Shown: positions 27,987-37,617 of the stretch, piece after piece
How the letters are laid out: every line of letters starts with the position of its first letter
Position numbering within the stretch: the first letter of the stretch is position 1
Assembly: GCA_043821445.1 (NCBI GenBank)
Contig: JBDRCT010000034.1
Coordinates: 2,210 to 66,209 of the forward strand
DNA: 64,000 nucleotides
Reading direction: 5' to 3'
DNA from: Candidatus Omnitrophota bacterium
GTDB taxonomy: Bacteria > Omnitrophota > Omnitrophia > Omnitrophales > Aquincolibacteriaceae
The notes under the pieces: model-generated
The model's database searches: none
Told to the model about the DNA's origin: nothing
Seen by the model: the letters and a program-made list of their open reading frames with translations, nothing else
Translations under genes and position numbers: made by a program

Positions 27987-28469
27987 CTAGGCTTTTTTCT
28001 TTTTCACGCACGCGAGGATTTGGCTCTGCTTGCGATGCATCTTCTTGAACGCGACGCGGCCCTTATCCTTATAGCCCATAAGATGCAGGATCCCATGACA
28101 GAGACAGTAGTGAAGTTCTTCTTCGAAAATATGCTCGTATTCCTTGGCCTGCGCACGGATCTTTGGAAGACAAAGCGCGATATCCCCAAGAAAATCGATA
28201 TTTTTGCGGCGAAAAACTTTCGAGGGAAGCATTTCCTGCAGATGCTTGGAAGATTTCTTCTGGCCGAACGCGAGCACATCTGTTGACCACGCGTGGCGGA
28301 GATAGCGGCGGTTGAGTTTACGCATCTCGGGACCGTCCACGAGAACCACGCTCAAAACCGCGTTTTTAAGACCTAAGTCTTTCAAGATATCGGTAGCGAT
28401 CTTCTTGAGTGTGACTTCCGAGACCTTGATCCGCGGGCAATCCTGTTTCAGATAAATTTCATACGCCAT
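27987..28469 (-). CDS. ybeY: rRNA maturation endoribonuclease YbeY
   Basis: 160 aa; metal-binding motif HGILHLMGYKD. Confidence 0.85.
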   Translation of the reverse strand: MAYEIYLKQDCPRIKVSEVTLKKIATDILKDLGLKNAVLSVVLVDGPEMRKLNRRYLRHAWSTDVLAFGQKKSSKHLQEMLPSKVFRRKNIDFLGDIALCLPKIRAQAKEYEHIFEEELHYCLCHGILHLMGYKDKGRVAFKKMHRKQSQILACVKKKKA

Positions 28470-28565
28470 GACAAGACCTCAATGAACACCTTGAAAGCGC
28501 CGGCACTCACGGGTGATCTGCATCCCAAACGGCATCCTTAAAATGCGGGGTTCCACAAATCAGCC

Positions 28566-29528
28566 CTAGGATTCTTCCTGGGCTTTTTTGCGTTCGTGCT
28601 TTTCATACGCCTTGATGATCTCTTGTACGAGAGGGTGGCGCACCACATCGGTCTCGTTCAAATAGATGAACTGGATGTCGGGAATATCGGCGAGAATATT
28701 ACGGATCTCGACAAGCCCGGATTTTTTCGGGGACGGCAGGTCGATCTGTGTGATATCCCCCGTGATCACGACCTTGGAAGTCTGTCCCAAACGCGTAAGG
28801 AACATCTTCATCTGGTTGTGCGTACAGTTCTGCGCTTCATCGAGGATGACATAGGAATCATTAAGCGTCCGTCCGCGCATGTAAGCGATCGGGGCGATCT
28901 CGATCGCTCCTCGCTCGGTGTACCGGGCCACTTCGTCGAATTCGAGCATGTCATAAAGTGCATCATAAAGCGGCCTGAGATAGGGGTTCACTTTCGCCGC
29001 AAGATCCCCTGGCAAAAACCCGAGATTTTCTCCGGCCTCGACCGCGGGACGCGTCAGGATGATACGAGCCACATATTTTTTCTTTAGCGCTTCAATGGCC
29101 GCGGCCATGGCCAGATAGGTCTTTCCTGTGCCCGCCGGACCGATGGAGATCACAATATCGTGTGTTTGCATGGCCTTGAGATACGCAAGCTGATTCTCAC
29201 TCCGGGCCTGGATCACTTTTCCGCGATGAAAAAAATGGATCCCTCCGCCTTGCGGAGGCTTCACGCGTGCCTCGCTCTTGGGGCCACCTTCAGCACCCGC
29301 CTTTTCCGGCAAACGGCCCCCTTTGCGGATTATCTCGAGCATCCGGACAAAAAAACGAGTGGCTTCTTCCACGTTCTTTTTGTCGCCCATGATCTTCATC
29401 CGGTCATTGCGCGCCACGATCTTGACGCGATGATCCTTTTCAGCCTGCCGGACATTCTTGTCCAGATTGCCGTAAAGAGCTTTTGCTTCCTCGTTCGAAT
29501 GCAGTTTGATCAGTTTTTGCAAGGCCAT
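28566..29528 (-). CDS. phoH: PhoH-like ATPase
   Basis: 320 aa; Walker [12 protein letters not shown] and PhoH signature ILDEAQN...[12 protein letters not shown]. Confidence 0.9.
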   Translation of the reverse strand: MALQKLIKLHSNEEAKALYGNLDKNVRQAEKDHRVKIVARNDRMKIMGDKKNVEEATRFFVRMLEIIRKGGRLPEKAGAEGGPKSEARVKPPQGGGIHFFHRGKVIQARSENQLAYLKAMQTHDIVISIGPAGTGKTYLAMAAAIEALKKKYVARIILTRPAVEAGENLGFLPGDLAAKVNPYLRPLYDALYDMLEFDEVARYTERGAIEIAPIAYMRGRTLNDSYVILDEAQNCTHNQMKMFLTRLGQTSKVVITGDITQIDLPSPKKSGLVEIRNILADIPDIQFIYLNETDVVRHPLVQEIIKAYEKHERKKAQEES

Positions 29529-29536
29529 CCCCTTTT

Positions 29537-31327
29537 TTAAGCTTTAGGACGCTCGATCCACATTCGTTTTGCGTCAAGATTCAGTTCTTTGAGCTGCCGT
29601 TCAGTCGCGGGCGACGGCGCATCGGTCATAAGACAAGTGCCCTTTTGCGTCTTCGGGAACGCAATCACCTCGCGAATGGATTCCCGGCCCAGAAGCAGCG
29701 TGATCAGCCGATCCACGCCGATCGCCAAACCCCCGTGCGGCGGCGCGCCGAACGCAAGCGCCTTGAGAAGGAACCCGAACTGGGCTTCGGCCTGTTCCGG
29801 AGTAAAATTGAGAAGTTGAAAGATCTTGGACTGCACGGCCCGGTCATGGATACGGATACTGCCCCCGCCCGTTTCCGTGCCGTTGATGACCAGGTCATAA
29901 GCCCGCGCGCGCACCTTCAAAGGGTCTTTATCGAGCATCGGAACATCCTCAGGCTTGGGTGACGTGAACGGGTGATGGCAGGCATCATAGCGTTTCTCTT
30001 CCTTATTCCAATCAAAAAGCGGGAAATCCACGACCCAAAGAAGTTCGAATTTCCCCTCCGGGACCTTGCCGTATTTTTCGGCAAGGAAACATCGAAGCGC
30101 ACCGAGCGCCACAACCGCGACCTTAAACTGGTCAGCGATCACGAAAATAATGTCGCCCGGCTTCGCGCCCAAGGTTTGAACCACTTTCCCGATCCGCGTC
30201 GTATCAAAGAATTTCTGGATCGGCGATTCGACCGTATCCGGTCCCGTCACCTTGAGCCAGGCAAGTCCCTTCACACCAAAATCCTGCTGGAGCCATTTTG
30301 TCAGATCATCGAAATCCTTGCGGGAGAATTCCACGCCCGCGGGTGGTGTGAATGAAAGCCCGCGGATCTCGCCTTCACTTGCGATCGTCTCATCGAAAAC
30401 GCGGAATCCGCTCTTTTCGAAGACCGGCGTGAGATTCCGGATCTCCATCCCGTAGCGAAGGTCCGGTTTGTCGCATCCATATTTATCCATCGCGTCTTTA
30501 TAGCTCAAACGCCGAAGCGGTAACGGAATGTCGATCTTCTTTGCATGCTTGAACACATACGCGATCATCCCTTCCACAGCACCCATGATATCTTCCTCGC
30601 TGATGAACGACATCTCAAGATCGATCTGGGTATGCTCGGGTTGACGGTCCTTGCGAAGATCCTCATCGCGAAAACAGCGGGCGATCTGATAATAACGGTC
30701 ATAACCAGCGATCATCAGGATCTGTTTGAAAAGCTGCGGCGATTGCGGAAGCGCATAAAAAGTCCCGTGATTCAGACGGGACGGCACCAGAAAGTCACGC
30801 GCGCCTTCCGGCGTGCTTTTCGTCAAATAAGGCGTCTCGACTTCGATAAAACCTTGTTTATCCAAATATTCGTGCACGAGCTTGAGTACGCGATGACGAA
30901 AGGTCAGGTTTTCCACCATTTCGCGCCTCCGGAGATCGAGAAACCTGTACTGAAGACGGAGCTCCTCACCCACGCTTTTTTCTTCGAGTTCGAACGGCAG
31001 CGGCAGGCATGGGTTCAGGATCTCAAGTTCTTCCGCCTGGAGTTCGATCTCCCCGGTCGGGATCCTGGAATTGATGGTGCCGGCCGGACGAGCGGCTACC
31101 TTTCCCTTCACCCGGATCACGAATTCCGAGCGAAGCGACTCCGCTTTCTTATGCATCTCAGGGTTAGCCTGAGGATTAAGAACGATCTGCGTTATGCCCC
31201 AGCGATCGCGCAGGTCCACAAAGATCAAGTTTCCATGATCGCGGCGTGTATCCACCCATCCGGTCAAGGTCTCCTGTTTTCCGATAAAACTTTTGTTCAA
31301 CTCCCCGCACGTCACTGTCCTCAGCAT
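29537..31327 (-). CDS. aspS: Aspartate--tRNA ligase
   Basis: 596 aa; anticodon-binding OB fold ([19 protein letters not shown]) and class II motifs ([18 protein letters not shown]; GGGSIRIHD). Confidence 0.95.
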   Translation of the reverse strand: MLRTVTCGELNKSFIGKQETLTGWVDTRRDHGNLIFVDLRDRWGITQIVLNPQANPEMHKKAESLRSEFVIRVKGKVAARPAGTINSRIPTGEIELQAEELEILNPCLPLPFELEEKSVGEELRLQYRFLDLRRREMVENLTFRHRVLKLVHEYLDKQGFIEVETPYLTKSTPEGARDFLVPSRLNHGTFYALPQSPQLFKQILMIAGYDRYYQIARCFRDEDLRKDRQPEHTQIDLEMSFISEEDIMGAVEGMIAYVFKHAKKIDIPLPLRRLSYKDAMDKYGCDKPDLRYGMEIRNLTPVFEKSGFRVFDETIASEGEIRGLSFTPPAGVEFSRKDFDDLTKWLQQDFGVKGLAWLKVTGPDTVESPIQKFFDTTRIGKVVQTLGAKPGDIIFVIADQFKVAVVALGALRCFLAEKYGKVPEGKFELLWVVDFPLFDWNKEEKRYDACHHPFTSPKPEDVPMLDKDPLKVRARAYDLVINGTETGGGSIRIHDRAVQSKIFQLLNFTPEQAEAQFGFLLKALAFGAPPHGGLAIGVDRLITLLLGRESIREVIAFPKTQKGTCLMTDAPSPATERQLKELNLDAKRMWIERPKA

Positions 31328-32574
31328 GAGCTCATCACCTTTTTTAAATGTGCCACGACCTGTTCGATATCCACTTCCTGCTGCTCCCTCTTTTCAAGGT
31401 CTTTCACGATTATTTTTTCCTTTTGGAGTTCCTCCGGACCGACGATCACCATGAAGCGCAGCCCCAGTTGATTCGCCTTCTTCAAATGCTGGCTCAGGGA
31501 AAAAATGCCGTGTGCAGTCTCAGGCCGAATCCCTGCTTCGCGTAACTGAAGTGCTTTTTCCCGGAAAATTCGGAGGATATCTGAATTGTCCTCAAGTGGT
31601 GCGATATAAACCTTCCGTTGTTTGAGCTCATCAAACACCTCCGGGTTTTGACTCACAAGTGTCATTAAAAGACGCTCCGTTCCAATACTAAACCCTATGC
31701 AAGGCGTCGTACTTCCGCCAAGATCGGCATACAGATTGTCATAAGAACCTCCGCCAGCTACTGCATCCTGCGCACCCAATCCTTCTGCAGTTACTTCAAA
31801 AACAGGCCCGGTGTAATAATCCAAACCACGAACAAGGCGGCGATTGATTTGATAAGGAATATCATGCTTTTTCAACCCTTCCAAAATATCCGTGCTTAAG
31901 GCATTCCAGGGAGCGTTTTCAATAACGGGTTGGCAGTTCTTGGCTTTGCAATCAAAAATCCTAAGTACGTTTTTCTCCAACCGCCACTGGCAATCTTGAC
32001 ATAGTTTATTTTTTTCTTGAGAAAAATAAGCTCTCAGCTTTTGAATCGTTTGGCTTTGCCGAACATCTCTAAGGTCATTTACGTTCAACTTAAAATTCTC
32101 AACCCCAACATAACGCAAAAAATCGCAGAGAAGCCCGATGCATTCAATATCCGCATTAACTCCAGGTTCATTAATTATTTCAATTCCGATTTGATGGAAT
32201 TGACGTTTACGACCCGCTTGAGGCCGTTCAGCGCGGAACATAGGACCCATGTAATAAAGTCTAAGGGATTTGGCTGTTTTGAGGAGGCCCTTTTCAATCA
32301 CGGAACGCGCGACTGAGGCGGTCATTTCGGGACGCATCGTCATGTCGCGTTCACCGCGATCCTTGAAGGAGTACATCTCTTTATGGACAATATCACTAGC
32401 TTGGCCGATTGAGCGGACAAAAAGTTCGGTGGGTTCGAGAAGAGGCGTACGTATTTCTTTGAATCCGGCAGCATCAAAAAAAATTCGAGCTTTTTCCTCG
32501 ATCCACTGCCATTTTTCGATCTCACCGGGAAGAATGTCGTCCATCCCGGGGAAACCCTGGTATTTTGCCGTCAT
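31321..32574 (-). CDS. hisS: Histidine--tRNA ligase
   Basis: 417 aa; class II motifs (KEMYSFKDRG, MGPMFRAERPQAGRKRQFHQIG, GGGSYDNL). Confidence 0.95.
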   Translation of the reverse strand: MTAKYQGFPGMDDILPGEIEKWQWIEEKARIFFDAAGFKEIRTPLLEPTELFVRSIGQASDIVHKEMYSFKDRGERDMTMRPEMTASVARSVIEKGLLKTAKSLRLYYMGPMFRAERPQAGRKRQFHQIGIEIINEPGVNADIECIGLLCDFLRYVGVENFKLNVNDLRDVRQSQTIQKLRAYFSQEKNKLCQDCQWRLEKNVLRIFDCKAKNCQPVIENAPWNALSTDILEGLKKHDIPYQINRRLVRGLDYYTGPVFEVTAEGLGAQDAVAGGGSYDNLYADLGGSTTPCIGFSIGTERLLMTLVSQNPEVFDELKQRKVYIAPLEDNSDILRIFREKALQLREAGIRPETAHGIFSLSQHLKKANQLGLRFMVIVGPEELQKEKIIVKDLEKREQQEVDIEQVVAHLKKVMSSC

Positions 32575-32657
32575 AAGTTATGGAGTGCCGCTGCCCTTTC
32601 GTTCTTAACCCGTCTCCAAGCCTTTACAGTCCCTGTGTTGGACTTTTGTCATACTAT

Positions 32658-32694
32658 AAAAGAAGAAGCGCATTTCCACAATATGGAAATGCGC
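32658..32694 (-). terminator. Rho-independent terminator downstream of rpsU
   Basis: Minus strand: GCGCATTTCCA-tattg-TGGAAATGCGC, followed directly by TTCTTCTTTT. Confidence 0.55.
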
Positions 32695-32815
32695 GGTCTT
32701 CACTTAGTGCTATCCATGGAAAAACTTCTGCGGAGGCGTCCCGATCTTCGATGAAAAATTGATTGGAACAGCACTGATTCCAAGTTGAAAAATCAATGAC
32801 TATCAGGCGTCCCAA

Positions 32816-32995
32816 CTAGAAGCTGAATTTACGGGATTTGGACATGCGGGACTTACGACGCCTCTTTTCGCTGGGCTTTTCGTAATTCTTCCGCGCCTTC
32901 AGGATCTTCAAAATCCCCTCGCGTTCCATCTTCTTCTTCAGGCGCTTCAAGGCCCCCTCAAGCGGCTCGTGACTTCCAACGTCTACTTTTAACAC
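32816..32995 (-). CDS. rpsU: 30S ribosomal protein S21
   Basis: Not in the ORF track because it uses a GTG start. Hand translation: VLKVDVGSHEPLEGALKRLKKKMEREGILKILKARKNYEKPSEKRRRKSRMSKSRKFSF*. GAGGGTG ribosome-binding site 8 nt upstream; TGA stop in frame just upstream. Confidence 0.8.
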   Translation of the reverse strand: MLKVDVGSHEPLEGALKRLKKKMEREGILKILKARKNYEKPSEKRRRKSRMSKSRKFSF

Positions 32996-33201
32996 TCGGT
33001 TTCACCCTCTCTCATATGTGGATTAATGGAGGCGGTATTATACGGAAAACCCGTCCTGAGGCAAAGGAAATAACGTCCTTTGTACGGTGTAAGGCGTACG
33101 GCGTTACGCGAAGTTATTTTCACCGTACTCCGTACACCGTACGCCATTCCTTGGCGAGTTTCCCGTCCCACGCTCTTATTTTTTTATGCTAGAATGCCGC
33201 C

Positions 33202-33957
33202 ATGTTCCGCCACTACCAAGAAGCTTTCATCCGTCTTTTTTATCCCGCGGCGTGCGAAGTGTGCCGTGTGAATCTTGATCTCGAAGAGAAAATCCTCTGC
33301 CAACACTGCGCCGGGGATCTGGACTCCCTCGCCTGGCCCATGGAAAAAACCGTGGTCGATGAACGTTTTGAGCACTTGGATCATGTCTGGACCGTTTATG
33401 CCTACGGCTCACCCATCAGGGAGCTGCTGCACGGCGTCAAGTACGCGCGCAAAGACTATCTTCTCAAGGTTTGCCAAAAGCGCGCCGTCGGACTTGCGCA
33501 GGCCGTCACCTCTGACTTTTGGTACGATGCCATCCTGCCTATACCGATCGATCGTATGAAACTCATGAAAAGGCATTTTAATCAAGCGGAGATCCTCGCA
33601 ACGATGCTTGAGCCTTGGCTCACACCGTCCGTCGAACGATCTCTTTTGATCAAACACCGTTCTATTCCGAGCCAAACTTCCCTGAGTCAGTGCGAGCGTG
33701 CGATCAATGTCTATGGCTCCTTCAGGCTCAAGCGGCACGCGAAGGTCCTGGGCGGATCTTTTCTTCTCCTCGACGATGTCTTGACGACCGGTGCAACCGC
33801 AAATGAAGCGGCCCGCCTTCTGAAACTCCACGGCGCCAAGCGTGTGAATTTCATGGCTCTCGCGAGAACCGTCCCCAACCTTGAGAAAATGCGTCTCCTG
33901 GAATCGCCCTCCGGATTTTCCAAGGAAGAAGGACGAACCATTCCCGCCCACCCATAA
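33202..33957 (+). CDS. comF: ComF-family phosphoribosyltransferase (competence protein ComFC-like)
   Basis: 251 aa; N-terminal zinc-binding CxxC pairs (CEVCR...CQHCAG); PRTase motif LLLDDVLTTGATANEAARLL. Confidence 0.8.
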   Translation: MFRHYQEAFIRLFYPAACEVCRVNLDLEEKILCQHCAGDLDSLAWPMEKTVVDERFEHLDHVWTVYAYGSPIRELLHGVKYARKDYLLKVCQKRAVGLAQAVTSDFWYDAILPIPIDRMKLMKRHFNQAEILATMLEPWLTPSVERSLLIKHRSIPSQTSLSQCERAINVYGSFRLKRHAKVLGGSFLLLDDVLTTGATANEAARLLKLHGAKRVNFMALARTVPNLEKMRLLESPSGFSKEEGRTIPAHP

Positions 33958-34030
33958 AAACAGTTTGAGATTCGCCCCAAGCGCGGATAAGATACTGGCT
34001 TCATAACGCAACTCCAAAGGAGAAACCATT

Positions 34031-35128
34031 TTGAAAGTCTTAGACCGGTACCTGGTGCGGGAATTGATCTTCCCGATCATTTTTTGTTCTCTCACGCTCA
34101 TTTTCCTGATCCTGGTGGCCGACCTCTTTGACAATCTCGACGAACTCCTAAAGAACAAGACGCCGATCCTGATCATCCTCCGCTATTATCTGTCGCTTAT
34201 CCCGATCTCCTTTACCCAGACCATCGCGTGGGCCATGTGGCTCGGAACCATTTTCCTATTGGTCCAATTAGGCCTTCATAACGAACTCATGGCCATGAAA
34301 GCCGTCGGCCTTAAGATCCTGACGATTGTCCGGCCGATGATTTTCCTGGGACTGTTGCTTGGCATCATTACCTTTCTCATTGCCGACCGCGTGGTGCCGA
34401 AAACTTCCCGAACGGCCAACGAACTTCTGGAGATCTACATCGAGAAGAAAAAAGACAACAAGGACCGGAAAATCTTCAAGAACGTCACGTATTACTCCGG
34501 AAGCAATACGCTTTATTATTTCCGGAAATTTTCCCCAAAATCCAAAACCGTCGAGAACGCGATCATTATCTGGCTGGATCCCACGACCCATCACACCACG
34601 CAAAAGATCTTTGCACAAAAAGGTTCCTGGGCCAACGACCAGTGGTCTTTTGAAGGGATCACTGAGTATCAAACGGATGTCCGGGGCGACATCCTCGGGA
34701 ACCCCTTGATCATCCCGAAGAAAAGTTATCCTGAGGTTACCATCACGCCGCGAGACCTGATCAACACAACAAGCGATAGCTCATTTCTCTCTTATCACGA
34801 ACTCAAATACACGATCGATAAACTCAAGGAGAACGACATCCCCGTGTATGCAGAAGAAACGGATCTTTACAGCCGCATGGCTGCACCCTGGAAAGGGCTT
34901 GTCATGCTGCTTCTCGCCATCCCTTTCCTGGGGACTGTATGCAACCGCAAGGCGATCGCTATGAGCGTTCTGGTGTGCGCAGCCCTGGTATTCGCATTCC
35001 ACGTTAGCGACGCGGTTCTGTTCGCTTTGGGAAAATCCGGAAAGTTTTTTCCATTCCTAAGTGTGTGGGGCGGGAATATCATTTTCGCGACGTTCGCGCT
35101 TCTGAAGCTGGAACGAGCAAATTATTGA
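34031..35128 (+). CDS. LptF/LptG-family lipopolysaccharide export permease (YjgP/YjgQ)
   Basis: 365 aa; N-terminus MKVLDRYLVRELIFPIIFCSLTLIFLIL typical of the family; periplasmic beta-jellyroll middle region; C-terminal transmembrane helices. Confidence 0.8.
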   Translation: MKVLDRYLVRELIFPIIFCSLTLIFLILVADLFDNLDELLKNKTPILIILRYYLSLIPISFTQTIAWAMWLGTIFLLVQLGLHNELMAMKAVGLKILTIVRPMIFLGLLLGIITFLIADRVVPKTSRTANELLEIYIEKKKDNKDRKIFKNVTYYSGSNTLYYFRKFSPKSKTVENAIIIWLDPTTHHTTQKIFAQKGSWANDQWSFEGITEYQTDVRGDILGNPLIIPKKSYPEVTITPRDLINTTSDSSFLSYHELKYTIDKLKENDIPVYAEETDLYSRMAAPWKGLVMLLLAIPFLGTVCNRKAIAMSVLVCAALVFAFHVSDAVLFALGKSGKFFPFLSVWGGNIIFATFALLKLERANY

Positions 35129-35251
35129 ACCCTAGACCAGAGACTACAGACCAAAGACTAAAATCAAAAAAATTTAAAGGTATGCGTGGCATGAGATTCT
35201 TTGGGATCATTAAAACAGGCAGTTAAAGCGGTTGCCTTCGGTCTTCGGTCC

Positions 35252-35554
35252 TCAGTCCTTGGTTTCTTGTTTTTGCCGCTGGGCGGCACGTAATATCTCT
35301 TCGTCCATCTTCATTCCCGAATTGTCAAGGACAGGAAGCGCGATCGTTCCGTTAATGCGTGGGATTGCCGTCATTTTAGCGCCCCGGCCAAAAAGAGACG
35401 CCATGGTAGCTTGGGCCTGCGATGCAGAAGCCTCTTGCACGTGTTCTTCGGGTCTAGCCTTCTGTTGAGCGGATACAAGGGGAGAAAAAGAGAGAAAAAA
35501 ACTCAGACAAAAAAAATAAAAACTTGTTGGATTCTTTAAAAGTCTGCCGTTCAT
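35252..35554 (-). CDS. Small secreted hypothetical protein
   Basis: Start at MNGRLLKNPTSFYFFCLSFFLSFSPLVSA (signal peptide); about 100 aa; no motif recognised. Confidence 0.35.
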   Translation of the reverse strand: MNGRLLKNPTSFYFFCLSFFLSFSPLVSAQQKARPEEHVQEASASQAQATMASLFGRGAKMTAIPRINGTIALPVLDNSGMKMDEEILRAAQRQKQETKD

Positions 35555-35643
35555 AATTTTCACTGCGTTAAAATACGTTTTAAATGCGTTCCGGTCAACC
35601 AAGCCCCCATTTACGGTCTATCCGATCAACGACAAGGTTCCTT

Positions 35644-36906
35644 CTAGATCTTCGTACCGGACGGAATGTGAACACCCTTTGGAATGATCACAATACCGTC
35701 GCGAATGTAATAATGGTCGCCGTCCTTCTCGTCGATCGCCTTGGCGTTCGTAATGCTGACGTCATCCCCGATCGACACGTTTTTATCGATGATACAATTC
35801 TCGATCACACAGTTCTTGCCGACCCCGATCCGGTAATCCCGGGACGAATCCGGCCACTCGTAATAGTCATTCCCCATGAGAATGCTTTTGCTGACTACGG
35901 CCCCTGGCCCTACGACCGAACGCAACCCCACGACCGATTGGTGGATCTTGGCGCCCGTCAGAATGCAGCCTTCTGACATCAAAACATGATCCAGTTCCGT
36001 CCCAAGGATCTTGGAAGGCGGCAGAAACCTGGGACGGGTAAAAATACGCCCTTCCGGAGAAAGAAAACTGAATGGCGGATTTGTGTTCGTGAGTTCGATG
36101 CTCGCTTCATAAAAACTATCGATTGTCCCGATATCACGCCAATAATCCGTGAACACATGGCCAAAAACCTTGTAGTTCTTGATCGCCTTCGGGATGATCT
36201 CTTTGCCAAAATCTTTTTCGTTCCCGGAAAGCACCTCCAAAAGCACATCGCGATTAAAAACATAGACCCCCATCGATGCGAGATACATGGGGCTTTTGGC
36301 CTTCACACGGTAAAGATCGCAAAGGGGTTTGGGCATGGCATAGGGTCCTACATCATCGTTCTTGGTGGGTTTTTCAAGAAAATCCGTGATTTGGCCGTCT
36401 TTTTGAAGCTTCATAATACCGAACCCCTTGACGACCCGCTCTGGAACAGGAACCGTCGCGACCGTCACGTCCGCCCGTTGCATTTCATGGAATCCCAGGA
36501 TTTCCTTATAATTCATCCGGTAAAGATGGTCCCCGGAAAGGATCAAAAAAACATCCGTAGCATCCGTTCGATAATGCGGTATACATTTCCGGACCGCATC
36601 CGCGGTCCCCTGGAACCAATCCGTGTTCTCGGTCGTTTGTTCGGCCGCGAGAAGCTCTACGCTCGTTTTAGTGAACGCTTCATACGGATAGGTCCGGTGG
36701 ATGTGCCGGTGAAGCGAAGCGGAATTGAATTGTGTCAGAACGAAAATGCGACGGAGACCTGAATTGATGGCATTCGAGATCGGAATATCCACTAAACGGT
36801 ATTTGCCGCCGATCGGGAGAGCGGGTTTGGAGCGGTAACTCGTAAGCGGAAATAACCTCTTCCCTTGTCCGCCGCCAAGGATCAGGGTCGTAACGCGCCG
36901 GCTCAT
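35644..36906 (-). CDS. glgC: Glucose-1-phosphate adenylyltransferase
   Basis: Start at MSRRVTTLILGGGQGKRLFPLT (ATG 36906, ATGA overlap with the upstream ORF); nucleotide-binding GGGQGKRL; left-handed beta-helix C-terminus. Confidence 0.9.
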   Translation of the reverse strand: MSRRVTTLILGGGQGKRLFPLTSYRSKPALPIGGKYRLVDIPISNAINSGLRRIFVLTQFNSASLHRHIHRTYPYEAFTKTSVELLAAEQTTENTDWFQGTADAVRKCIPHYRTDATDVFLILSGDHLYRMNYKEILGFHEMQRADVTVATVPVPERVVKGFGIMKLQKDGQITDFLEKPTKNDDVGPYAMPKPLCDLYRVKAKSPMYLASMGVYVFNRDVLLEVLSGNEKDFGKEIIPKAIKNYKVFGHVFTDYWRDIGTIDSFYEASIELTNTNPPFSFLSPEGRIFTRPRFLPPSKILGTELDHVLMSEGCILTGAKIHQSVVGLRSVVGPGAVVSKSILMGNDYYEWPDSSRDYRIGVGKNCVIENCIIDKNVSIGDDVSITNAKAIDEKDGDHYYIRDGIVIIPKGVHIPSGTKI

Positions 36907-37202
36907 GTCAGGTTCACTCCTAGGTTTTGGTATTGTTTCCACAGGACCTTGCGAAATGTATCATTCTCTTCCATCAGGACCCCAAGACGCTTTTGCAAAT
37001 GTTCGATCAATCCCACGCGCGACGCGTGACGCTCGTGATTCACAAAAAGGTCGATCCGGCGAACGTACTCATCGATCACGGCCATGTTCCTGCGGATCTG
37101 GTTTTTGACGATGCGTATCTCTTCCGAAGTGAAAGCCGGAGACTCGCAATCCAGCGCGCTCGTTTCTTTCACAGGAAGATCATGACCTAAGTGCAGGATC
37201 AT
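36903..37202 (-). CDS. Hypothetical protein, translationally coupled to glgC
   Basis: 99 aa starting MILHLGHDLPV; ATGA overlaps at both ends (with the receiver-like gene upstream and glgC downstream). Confidence 0.4.
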   Translation of the reverse strand: MILHLGHDLPVKETSALDCESPAFTSEEIRIVKNQIRRNMAVIDEYVRRIDLFVNHERHASRVGLIEHLQKRLGVLMEENDTFRKVLWKQYQNLGVNLT

Positions 37203-37612
37203 ACCGCATACCTCGCGATCAGGTCCGGCAGTTCCCTGCCGAATTCCGTTTTCAGATAGACCCGGAAGCAACCGGCCTTCTCGGCCTCGGGTTTTACCAT
37301 CACTTTCGCCTGTGTGACAAATCCCACCGCAGGGACATCCCTTAAATCGGCATTTTTATGTAATTCGTTGAGCGCCCGGAACGCCTCGGCTTCGCGTTTT
37401 TCAAGATCGAGGATCACAAGAAAAGGCCTCTCGACCGCGGCCTGCGCAACCAATTTTTCCGCACTATCGAAGTTCCTTACTCCGACATGAAGTCCTGCCG
37501 CACATTTAACGATCTGGGTTGCCGTGGTCATATCTGCCACAAGAGCGAAAACGCCCCGCCGCGTTTTTATGGTCCTCGAACCCGATGCATCGCAACTCAT
37601 GCCACTATCCAT
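37199..37612 (-). CDS. CheY-like receiver (REC) domain protein, atypical
   Basis: 137 aa; (beta-alpha)5-like pattern; LVILDLE aligns with the phospho-acceptor Asp region; the N-terminal acidic pair is degenerate (LVADM). Confidence 0.4.
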   Translation of the reverse strand: MDSGMSCDASGSRTIKTRRGVFALVADMTTATQIVKCAAGLHVGVRNFDSAEKLVAQAAVERPFLVILDLEKREAEAFRALNELHKNADLRDVPAVGFVTQAKVMVKPEAEKAGCFRVYLKTEFGRELPDLIARYAV

Positions 37613-37617
37613 GAAGC

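Noticed and set aside
35130-35260. Possible terminator for lptF/G in the cggtcttcggtcctcagtcc...ttgtttttg region
   Set aside because: I could not find a convincing stem; there are only T-rich runs.
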